DNA from: Microthyrium microscopicum
Taxonomy: Eukaryota
DNA length: 64,000 bases
Assembly (NCBI GenBank): GCA_010405405.1
Contig: MU004237.1
Location: 1,313,345 to 1,377,344 of the forward strand
Direction of reading: 5' to 3'
Within the stretch, counting starts at the first letter, position 1. Every line of letters begins with the position of its first letter. The position numbers were made by a program, and so were the translations under genes. Shown here piece by piece: positions 27,429 through 38,020 of this stretch. The notes under the pieces are model-generated. The model was given only the letters and a program-made list of their open reading frames with translations, was not told where the DNA came from and ran no database searches.

Positions 27429-28655
27429 TCATCCTTCCATCTCTTCATCACCACTGCCACTTTCTTCATCAGACGTATCGATGCCTTCCCATTCATCCTC
27501 AGCTCCAGAGTCCACATCAAGCTCATTTTCATCCGGCTCACCGAGAACCTCATTGAGCGAAGCAATAAGCTCTTCCGCATGCTCCTGTAACTTTTCATCC
27601 TCATACTCCAACGTCTCAAAGATCTTCAAGCACCGCAATAACCACCTCCTCGCCCGTTTCTGTAGTTCCTGTTGCTCCGTAGTATTCACCGCCGCCTTGC
27701 CATTGCTCGCTCCATTCGCAGCAGGCTTTTGCTTCTCAGCAAGTAGATGTAGACACCAACCACCAAGATACCATGCCTCCACACTGTGATCATCTTCCTG
27801 AATAAGCCTCTCCACAACCTCCAACGCTTGCTCCTCCATCTCCGCCTCCATCAACAGCCGCGCAAGACTAATCCGCACCGGAAAATCAGGAACCTGCGGA
27901 CTATCCTCCGGCAAATCCATCCATAGATCCAAGCTCTTTTGTAAATAAGCCTTCGCCTCATCAACCTTCAACTGTGAAATCCGCACCGAAGCTACCGTCT
28001 GCAAAATCTCTGGATTATTCGGTGATATCTCAAGCGCTTCTTTGACCACGCGATCGCAGACTTCCTCCGCCGTCTTGTCGTCCCAGGACAGATCGGTCAT
28101 GTAGACTTCCGCGATGGCGCAAAGAGCGTTAGAGAGTTTACTCTTCTTCTCTTCCAGCAGTAATGCCTGTGTATCCTGATCCATACCCTCCTCTATCGCC
28201 GCCGTGATCTGTCTGCGTAGCACAGCAGCGCCCTTTTCAAACCACATAACACTATCCTTTCCACCCTCCTCACTCAATTGCGCCAACCATAGAAACTTAT
28301 CTGCCCCGCCGCCCGCTTGCTCAGGTAAATCTCCGTCCTCATCAATCTGCGCCGCCTGCCCAAAATAGTCTCTCGCCGCATCAATGTCGCCCAGCTCCAC
28401 GTTGATCTCGCCGAGCAGGCTCAAAGCTGGCAGACAATTGAAGACATCTTGTTCAGTTTTAAGCGTTTTCTTAAGTTGTTGGAGAGCGGAGGTGGCAAGT
28501 TGCAAGGCGGACTCGACGTCGGATTGTTGGAGATGTATTGCTGCCTGTGCGAGGAGTTGGGAGGGTGCTTGGGCAGCTTTGCGTTTTGCGTCGGCGGTTT
28601 GTTTTTTCTGCTTTTTGGCTAACTTCGAGCGCTCAGGAGGTCTTGTTTTGCCCAT
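27429..28655 (-). CDS. ACL4: TPR protein, assembly chaperone of Rpl4 (Acl4-like)
   Basis: KFLWLAQLSEEGGKDSVMWFEKG, AEVYMTDLSW, LQTVASVRISQ, VEAWYLGGW; acidic tail. Confidence 0.85.
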   Translation of the reverse strand: MGKTRPPERSKLAKKQKKQTADAKRKAAQAPSQLLAQAAIHLQQSDVESALQLATSALQQLKKTLKTEQDVFNCLPALSLLGEINVELGDIDAARDYFGQAAQIDEDGDLPEQAGGGADKFLWLAQLSEEGGKDSVMWFEKGAAVLRRQITAAIEEGMDQDTQALLLEEKKSKLSNALCAIAEVYMTDLSWDDKTAEEVCDRVVKEALEISPNNPEILQTVASVRISQLKVDEAKAYLQKSLDLWMDLPEDSPQVPDFPVRISLARLLMEAEMEEQALEVVERLIQEDDHSVEAWYLGGWCLHLLAEKQKPAANGASNGKAAVNTTEQQELQKRARRWLLRCLKIFETLEYEDEKLQEHAEELIASLNEVLGEPDENELDVDSGAEDEWEGIDTSDEESGSGDEEMEG

Positions 28656-29010
28656 TGTGAGAAATTGGTAGGATTGGAGTTGTGGGGCGGGAATGGTGTT
28701 GGCGGGATGGTTGTTGAAGCTGCATTTGATGCATGGGTCGAAATTTTGGGAAATTTATTTTGGTGGCTGATCGAATCGGGAAGGTGCATGCGGGCTCTTG
28801 ACTTCATTTCTCAATTTCTATTGATCAATTGGAACCTTGGAGCTGTTACTATCATGAGAGCTTGTCTAAAGAAGTCGGAGATGTCTGATATACAAGTTCT
28901 AAGCTCCTTTGTTCACATCGTTATTGGGGTTGATTCTTTCGCGGGCTCTACCCTCATGTGAACTTATTGTAGTCTTGTTGTCACAGTCTGTTCTATTCTC
29001 TCAACCTCTC

Positions 29011-29894
29011 ATGGGTAAACGAAAAGCGCCCCACGAATTCTCTGAAAATCCCAGTATTCTGAAAGAACGTTGGCGCCTAGCAAGTCTGTCTGGCCAAAGA
29101 GAACTGTATGAAGCATGGAAAAGAGCTGACGCGCATGTGATATTACGTCGCATCGACAAGGAGAAGAAGACCGTGCCGTATCAGAGTGCTTCTGATGGGC
29201 GACGCAAATTGATAATCGATCGCATCAAAGAGCAATTTAGTCAGGAACTCTATTTGTCAAAGATGAGTTTATCTTTCATACTTACGTGTTGCCAACAAAG
29301 AGTGTGGACGCTGGCAAACATCATTCTCTTATAGACTACACTCCTCCAGAGTCTCATCGCTTCCGCTCTTCGGGACCTCGTCCTGCTACGATTTCTGTTC
29401 CTGAACAAGTTGATTGGTCAACGCAAACGGATCCCTTGCAGATAGCAGTGGCTGATGCGGCAGATTCTGGGATAGATCTGAACACCAATGGAGGTGTCTA
29501 TGATGCATCAATCAGCTATCCTAGCGCAGAGTCCAATGATCAGGATATCGATGACTTCAATGATAACCCGAATCATGGCGCCATGGATAGCTACGGCGAT
29601 GGTCCTGAGGATAGCAATCACAATCTCTGCCAAGCTGATGAGTCAAGGCGTGAAGCCTCTTCACCTCAAGAGCCTAATATCGACGCGCCTAGTCGGGTAC
29701 ATCCTCTGATTTCGGTGGATGACTTGCTACCTGGTACCTTGGAAAGGTGGAAAGAGCTTGCGCGTGCCACAATTGCATAGGAACTCGAGCGTGTACGTGA
29801 TGAGATGGAAGACATGCGCCTGGAAAGACTCAAATGAAAGGAGAAAGAGCTCCAAGAACGATTGCAATCGTTGGATAGGCCCTGTTCGGCTTGA
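29011..29894 (+). pseudogene. Probable pseudogene of an orphan protein with basic N-terminus and C-terminal coiled coil
   Basis: Starts MGKRKAPHEF. The frame change at about 29263-29300 fits an intron with a damaged donor (ATGAGT). The coiled coil ELARATIA*ELERVRDEMEDMRLERLK*KEKELQERL is interrupted by TAG 29778-80 and TGA 29835-37. Confidence 0.55.
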
Positions 29895-30511
29895 CTTGCC
29901 ATTTGGCCAGATTAAAAAAAAAACTGGCACCTTGATCCAGCGAGGTAGGTATACCTATAAGGGTATTTCTCCTCTGTGGAGTTGGTTACTTGGAGCAACC
30001 TCGAAATTCCACGTTATATATACTACCCTTACCTTCGAGATCTCTCCCAAGGTGCTCGAACAAAAGGACAAAGAGCTCGGAAAGTGATTATAGTTATTCG
30101 ATAATCCGGAAAGTCTCTTTTCATCAGAGTCAAATTATCGAGGTAGAGATAGCCATAAGGCTACCTTCGTACATGGTTAAGGCGGCTTCGATCTACCTCA
30201 AATTCCACCTCTTCCTTATACGCCTAGACTCTTCTTGCTTTCAAGGTTTTTGCCTGGATTCTCATCGGTTTGTTGATGTGCCCATGCTGCTCTGCTATAA
30301 AACCAAAGGAATCTCTTCGCAACTCCACCACCCAGCACTTCGATAGCACTCCTTCGACAACTCTTCTACTCCAACCAACATCGCAAGCTCTATACCCCAA
30401 TCAGCATCGCATCCTCATCGCCTATATTCTGCCAATAGCACTTTACTCGCGAAGTTTCACGTAACATCAAGCCGATTTCCAAATACCTCACGTTCTTAAT
30501 CCATCATCGAA

Positions 30512-31898
30512 ATGTCTAAACGATCATTCGCCGACACTGTGGAGTCGTCCGACCGCGCCGATGATTATCGTGTGCGTCGCGACCGTCATCATGATCTGCG
30601 CCGCGATCGTCACCGTGACCTGAGCAGCGAACGCCGCTATTATGAGCAGCGAAGCGACCGTTACGACGACATGCGCCGCGGCCATTACGAAGATGTGCGC
30701 AGCGACCATCACCATGACCTGCGTCACCGTTCACGCAATGATCACTACGAAAACCATATCACATCGGTCGAACAAGTCTATCAAGGACATGCCAGTCCAG
30801 AAGTGTAAGTTTTCACGCATTAAATCACATTTTCTCCATAGCTAACTTTATGCTAGTACGGGCACAGAAGAACAATCTGGAGAGTGGTCTACACCTGAGC
30901 TCTATCCATATCCCGTCCTTAGTGCTGAACTGCAACAACAACTGGCGGCGTTTTCACCACCTGATCTTGCCTCGGGGTCATCCACTATCAACACCTCTCC
31001 AAATCCATTCTTCGAGAATTCCAGTCTGCAAGTCTCAAGCCTTACACCACCAGCAGAATCTCAACAGACCGACAATCAAACTCTCAATCAGTCGAATGCC
31101 GAATTGCTTGCTGCGCTGTTAAACGAGCCGCCGCCTGATTTTGGCGCTGAAATCGAGTCCTTATTTGATTCCTTCAATGAAACATTCAATGATTCTGAGC
31201 ATGAAGATGAGCATGAGTATGATTCTGACCAGACTGCGGTTGAGGAAGCTTCCGAGGAAGAGTCTGAAGAAGAGTCTGAATTGGAGGATAGATTGAACTT
31301 AACAAGCGATCCCAATCATGGCCAAGAACAGATGATCCAGCAAATAATCCAGCATGCTAGTCAGGAAGAGTTTACAAATTTTCTAAACACTCTTTCTGAC
31401 TACGATCCGAGCACGTGGACTCCCCAAGTGCCTCCCCCTCCATCTGTCAGCCAGACAAATGTTCAGCTTCAACCCGAATTTCTACCTCCGACGTATATTC
31501 AACCACAGGCAGGTGTTCAGGCACAGACGAATCAGACAAACGTGCTATCGGCGATTACACACTCCCCACTCTTCATCGTCGAAAACAGCATTTACGACAT
31601 GCAGAAAGAACAAATGGAAGAGCTCGAACGGCAGGAAAGTGAGCTGGAACAAAATACGGCGTCAAGTGAGCTTACGCGTATTCGCGAAGAACTTTACGCC
31701 CTGCAAGTAGCGCACCTCGACTTTCTCAAGCAAAAAGAGGCCCAATATATGGTGTACTTGAATACGCCTATAGCGGACGGTTCTGAACACGACGGTATTG
31801 CAAAAGCGATGCTTACAAAGTCACGTCTGGAAATGTACAATTTGCGGACCGCCATGCTTAAACACCTAAATCGCTTGAGGGAAGAGCTTCAAGGATGA
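30512..31898 (+). CDS. Orphan protein, paralog A (Arg/Asp/His repeats, acidic tract, C-terminal coiled coil)
   Basis: Exon 1 MSKRSFADT...; intron 30805-30856 (GTAAGT..GCTAAC..TAG) joins in frame to ORF 31104..31898; TATAAAA at 30296. Confidence 0.8.
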
Positions 31899-33330
31899 AC
31901 AAGACAATGATTCCCTGAACGTATTTACAGTGCTCGGCGTGCTGGAGGCGGTGTGCAAGACTTGTGAGCCAGTCTGTATTGAAGCCGCAAAGAAAGCGAG
32001 AGCGAGCTTCTGAAGGGCTCGGCTACACAGATATCGGATGAGTCGGAAGTAAGCATACTGCGAAGCTAAAGAGCTTGAAGGGACGCCTCGTTCGATGTAC
32101 TGTTTGCGTAGGTAAATGTTCAATGGCCTCAAGCGATCGAAGGAGCGGCTATAGGGTTCAATGGACGTAACGGACGGCGGCTGTGGAAACTGAGTACTGG
32201 GAAATGAGGTACTGCGAAGTGAAGAGAATGAGCTCACGGTGATTTGTATATTGATACGTAGCTCGTCATTACACCTTATTATGAATGCGACGAGCGACGA
32301 TTAATGAAGTGGCTGACATTGAGGACGCTTGTCAAAAATCGACAACAAATGTGGGCGCATGAGGCCGAAGTCAATATTTCATAGCATCCATATATGAAAA
32401 CATTTCTAGATATGCACTCCGACAGAATCTTGAGTGCCCTGCTTCGAGGCTTATCGGACTAAAGTAGTGGCCTCAGCAAAGGAGCACAACGCACTAGAGT
32501 ATAGACAACCAGACAGCCTTGACTGCATATCCGACAGTAAACGACCAGATGATGCTTCAGCGCGCAATTCTGTCCTAGGCTTCTTTGTTACTAACGATCG
32601 ATATAGCCAGCGTGGAGACTTTAGAACTTTATTTTCCATATACTGCTCTCTGACGGATCTCATTCGCGTCGCTCCTCCTACCACAACATCACTTCTGAGC
32701 AAATCAAGCGGTCTGAGCAGATATCTTCGTAAGTCTGCAAGCTTAAGCAATGGGAGAAAAACTCAAAGAAATGTTCACGTATGCAACGTTGAAATAATCT
32801 TCAACTGGCAAGGCTGACTTTTGATGCCCGTCTATTGGTTCAAATATATAGCGCTAGCCTCAATATAGTGAGGCGTTGTGTAGTCTATAAGGCTACCTCC
32901 CGCCGTCTGAGGTGGCTGAATTCCACCTTATACTCCTGTATTCGAGACTTCTTCCTGGAAATTCAAACGAAAGGAGAGACAGCGATTATGATTGTCCAAC
33001 ACTGCCTGACCCGCGTTGTTGGCTAAGATGGTCTAGCGGTATTTATGAAGCTACCTCTAAACCATGGTTGAGGTCAACTCGACCTACCACAAATTCTACC
33101 AACTTGTATAAAATGATCTTGACTCCGGGTCATCTGCCTAAACTTTTACCGGCTGTTCTCCTGCTATAAAATCAAAGAAATCTGCTAACAATTCCACCAC
33201 TCAGCACTCCCTCAACTACTCGCTACTCCACCCAGCATCCTAAACCCACCATCCACTAATAGATTGTACTTGCAAGTTCTATCAAACTTATCAAGCTGAT
33301 ATCCGGAAAACTCTTTTCAATCTATGAACC

Positions 33331-34866
33331 ATGTCTAAAAGAAGCTTCGCCGACATTGCAGAGTGGTCCACCAATGCAGACAACTATCGCCTGCGTCGCG
33401 ACCATCATCGGCGCCGTCAACAATACGAGGAGCGCCCTCTAAATCCTGTATCCTACAGACCCGTCTACCAAGGGCGAGCTAGTTCTAGAGGGTAAGTTTT
33501 GGGCATTCGTTATCATCGTCACAATAGCTAACTTTATATTAGGACTGGCGGCGAAGAACAACTGGCAGAGTGGCCCACGCTTAGCGTCCATTCTGAACCA
33601 TATCCTGCTCTCAGCGCCAACCAACATCAACAAATGACGATCTGGCCTAGGACCAGCTTCGCGCAAGCATCATTCACTACCGCCGGGGCTCAACAACCAC
33701 TATCATCTGCTTACCCGCCTTACTTAGGTTCAGAACCATCCACTATCTTCAACTCTCCTTATCCAACAGTCCAGGGGCCTCCGTTTCAACAAGAAATATC
33801 CAATATACCACAATTAGAAGCTTCTCTCAATGAGTCGGACACTGCATTGCTTGCCGCTCTAAGATATGCAATTGAGATCGAAACTGATTCTGAGGCTGAG
33901 CTCTTCAATGACTCTGTCAATTCGAATTATTCAGTCAATTCATTATCCGATGGATCTGAGGATGAGCCTGAGGATGAGGATGAAGCTATGCTCTTCAATT
34001 ACTCTGTCGGTTCATCGTTCGATGGATCCGGGAATGAGCTTGAGAACGAGGCCGAAGTAGAGTCTGAGGACATTTACGAGGATGAAGGTAGGGAAAATAC
34101 TGAAAACGACGATTCCGAGGACGAGGCTGAGAATGAGTCTGAGGACCATTCTGAAGGTGATGCCGATATTGAATCTGATGATGAGTCTGAGGATGATTCG
34201 AGCTCTGGAAGCTCTTTCCATCAATTTCAAGAAGAGCCACATCAGGAGTGGATTCAGCCTGCATCTGGCTTTGTCATCGAGCATTCTGGTCAGCAAGAAG
34301 TGGAAGACGCTCTTTCTGGAGAATACGATCCGAGCACATGGACCCCCCGGGTGTCTCCTCAAAACTCTGTCAGTCAGACAACTACTCCACCCCAAACGAC
34401 TATTCCAACTCAGACATGCTTTCAATCTCAGACGGCGAATCAAACGACTCATCAACCGGCGAGTAACGACACACAGCTCGAAGGCATCTGCGATACGATC
34501 TATGCCATGCAGCGAGAACAAATCGAAGAACTTCAGCGACAGGAAGGCGAGTTAGAGGGACAGATTTTTCCGGCCGGGTCTGAATGTACTAGCGAGGCAG
34601 AAGCTCTTAACAATGCGATGTTGAGTGAGCTTGAGTGTATCCGTGGAGAGATATACGATCTGCAAGTAGATCAGCACAGCTGTCTCAAACGAAAAGTGGC
34701 CGAGATCTTGGTGCACCTCAACTCTCATTCAGCGAACGATTCTCAATTCTGTGTAGCGGCAACGGAGCTTGCAGATACCCATCTAGAGATGCGTCGAGAG
34801 ATGTATAATCTTCGGACTAGCATGCTCAAGCACCTCAAGCGCTTGAAGACAGAGCTTCATGGATAA
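33331..34866 (+). CDS. Orphan protein, paralog B (long acidic tract, C-terminal coiled coil)
   Basis: Exon 1 MSKRSFADI...; intron 33492-33542 at the homologous position. Shares YDPSTWTP and EMYNLRTxMLKHLxRL with paralog A; TATAAAA at 33165. Confidence 0.8.
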
Positions 34867-35089
34867 TCAAGATCACCAGGCAGTGTTTAATGAATGGATA
34901 GGAGTGGGAAGAGTATCGCCAATAGAAGGCTACACGAAAACAGTTAGTTAAGAGCATCAATTCAAATGACATGGCGCGCGTCCTGGTCCAGAGTCATTTC
35001 TAAATACCCAGTTCTATGCCTATTCTTTCATTTACCGAAAGCTACGATTCCTGTAAGACAAACTGAAATAACATTGACTCTTTTTACGT

Positions 35090-36531
35090 TTATATAGACA
35101 AGCTATCTTCAGCTTGATTACTTGCACCTAGACGCTTCAAATAATCTTTGATGATGACCCTTTCGCCCTGAAAAATGTTGAAATCTCCCAGTTTGCACAG
35201 TTCCGCTTCGGATCGCAGAGCGCAGAACAGACTTTGGATCGCCGATGTAGGATTTCCTAAGAAATACTGAGCACTTCCAAGGTGGAACCAACCTCGAGTC
35301 AAGTTGTAAAACCGTATCCATTTGTCTTCCAAGATCATTTCGGCTCTCCGGATGAATGCCAATGCCTCAGCCTCAGCTTGTATGCATAAACCCCTTTGAT
35401 TCAGTGTTTCAACACGAAGACACATCACGTCCAGTGAGCGCCGATCTAAAGGGCCGTAAAGAGCATCAAGATAGTGAAGTTTTGGTAAGCATTCGTCGAA
35501 TGTTGCCCATATATCATGAAGTAGTCTTCTTCTTGCAGCATTCATCATCATGACGAAGGAATTATAACAAGATGAGCCAAGGTATTGCTCGAAGAGCTTG
35601 TGGTAGTTGCTCATAACTCTGGTTTCGATATCTGGCATATGTGTCATATCTAAATCTCCCAGTGCTTGATATATTGCCGATGTTGATGTGTTAGGTCCCT
35701 GCAGTATCTTGCTGCAATGGAAGATTTGTTGTTTCAAGAATTCAGCAAGCTTTCCGTGTCCTTCGCGAGCTAGATCATTGATCTTCTGGAGTAAGTTCGG
35801 AATGATGTCGTGGTACTGCCCCTGTACAACAGTCTCCAAGGTTAGAAATGCTTTTCGCCAGCTTTCGCCAGCTAGTTCGTAGTCCTCTGATATCGCAGCC
35901 GTGCTGCCTACGTTGAGGTGACTAAGAAATGTGTGCAAGTGACTGACTTCTACTTCTTGCCCAGCTGTGCTACTGATGATAGAGTCATTGCCGTTAAAGC
36001 TCCAGCAGCCTCTTTCGAAAGATCCTTTGATTAGCACATCGACCTCCCACAGCAGCTTCTCTGGGGCACGATAGTGCTGCAACGTGAGCACCACTACTGG
36101 TGCTTGGAATGGCTGGTTTGCACCCGCCGCTTGATTTCCCCTATTCAGAACTTTGTCGATTCTGGCTTTACCTGGAGCCTTAGCCATGCCTTCTCTTTTG
36201 CGATGGTTTTCGATTCTTTTCAGGTCTACTGGTCTGTCGCGGAGAGAAAATGACATGTCTCTGTCGGTGGCTTCATCGTGAGACAGCAGACTCAGAATTG
36301 TTCTAACATCACTTCGGAGAACGTTTTTCTGAAATCCCCATTTCCTAATCTTGGTCTTCAGAACTTGGGGACTATATCACCTCGTAAGTCCAATGCTGTT
36401 GCCTTGAAAGAGAGCAGTCTAACTTACGATGGATTGATATTGTGGTCTCGCTTCAGGCTAGTAATTACATCTTTCAAGGTCTTCTTTTGGACGATATAGA
36501 GTTGGAAGATTTCGCCTTTGTACTTTTCCAT
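35090..36531 (-). CDS. Clr5-domain protein with helical/TPR-like C-terminus (2 exons)
   Basis: Exon 1 MEKYKGEIFQLYIVQKKTLKDVITSLKRDHNINPS, intron 36372-36427, then PQVLKTKIRKWGFQKN, matching the Clr5 pattern. Continues in frame into ORF 35090..36256. Confidence 0.82.
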
Positions 36532-37226
36532 TGCATGAAGAAATCAATGAACAGAGTAACAAACTCGATGGGGGATGAATACGGATCTCGTTATATGCTT
36601 TGTGCGTGTAATCAGACCTTACGCCTCAGCAAGAAAATCTGCTTTTCACTGACCATGTCTTGCACCCTTTGATGCGAAGAGGGAGATGACTTACAGCCGG
36701 GTGAGCTGTGAGATGCCATGGCGTTTCGACTTGCAGCTGCCCTTCGAGTACTTGTTCTCAAGTAACGAATGAGATTCAATTAAAGCATTGAATGTTGGCC
36801 AGGACCTCTTAATTCAAAAACGCCAATAAGCAGTGCGCATGCAGGAATCCATTGGCCCTCCTTGAAAGTTTTCATGTGCATACTGGTGGCGTCCAAACAG
36901 ATGCCATGGAAAGTATCTATCTCCAATAGACAGCAAGTGACTCTCACCGAGCCAATGCAGTCGACCGCTTGCGGCCAGCCAAGACTATCAAGATTCAAGA
37001 ATATGCGATATCAGGCTGAGCGACGGCCACAGAAAGTCACCATTGATATGATGAACGCTGAAAGCTGAGCCTGACAAACATATAAAGCTGACGTTGACTT
37101 TGTGCTTGCAGTTTCTCTCTGCTCATCACTTTTCCTACACTTAACAAAGCTCCTTATTCTCTTACACCTTTCGTATCTCATCAAACCTGACTACAATATC
37201 ATCAATTTATAGCCTTCATTGTTAAA

Positions 37227-37517
37227 ATGGGTAGTAACTCTTCAAAATACGACGTCAGTTCGGCCGAATATGCGCGAAACAATGAATGGAACAATGGCAA
37301 CAGCGGATTTTGGGGATCTGTCTGGGAAGGCGCCAAGCAAGGCGGGAGAGACTTCAAGAAGAATCCAAGTGAGTAAAGCTCTTACAGTGATAGTGGTATG
37401 CGGAATGTGCTTACTGAAAATACCTTAGTCACTATCACTGCCCAAGCGGCCAGTGGATTCCATGATGCTGGAGAAGTTAGTGATGCTTATTCAAAGAGCA
37501 GCTATAGTAAGAAGTAA
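37227..37517 (+). CDS. 76-aa small protein with N-myristoylation motif (not in the ORF track)
   Basis: TATAAA at 37081; AAAATGG start context; intron 37369-37428 (GTGAGT...TAG). Product MGSNSSKYDVSSAEYARNNEWNNGNSGFWGSVWEGAKQGGRDFKKNPITITAQAASGFHDAGEVSDAYSKSSYSKK. Confidence 0.7.
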
Positions 37518-38020
37518 TGGGGAAGCCAGGAACTTCACAGGTGGAGAACGAATCCTGCTTTGTGACTTAAAAACTATGGATTGGAGCATGACTTGAAACG
37601 TTTATATATGCTCGTGCCTGCTTCAACAACTGTTTACACTCGGAGTGTTGCCATTATTTAAATCGATTTTTAAGCTTGCCTATAACCTCCTATCCACAAG
37701 TGAAAGGGAATTGCCTTTGGACGATTCAACTGGCAAATAAGCAGCATCAGAATAACCATAGAGCGGACAATCACACAGAGGATGATTTTGGAGGCAAAGA
37801 AATGTAATACATGACGCCCTTCGCGCAAGGAGAAAGATCACTAGACTTGACCATGTTTACGCAATGATGTCTAGCTAGTAAAGAGCCTTAAACTTTCAAA
37901 ATATGCTCGTTGATTATAATTGGATTAGCTATGATGTAACGGACTGCATGATGCCTCGTCAGTCCAAGTCTCATGATAGTTATGCGATGTACGTCCACGC
38001 TACTAACAGGTACCATAACT

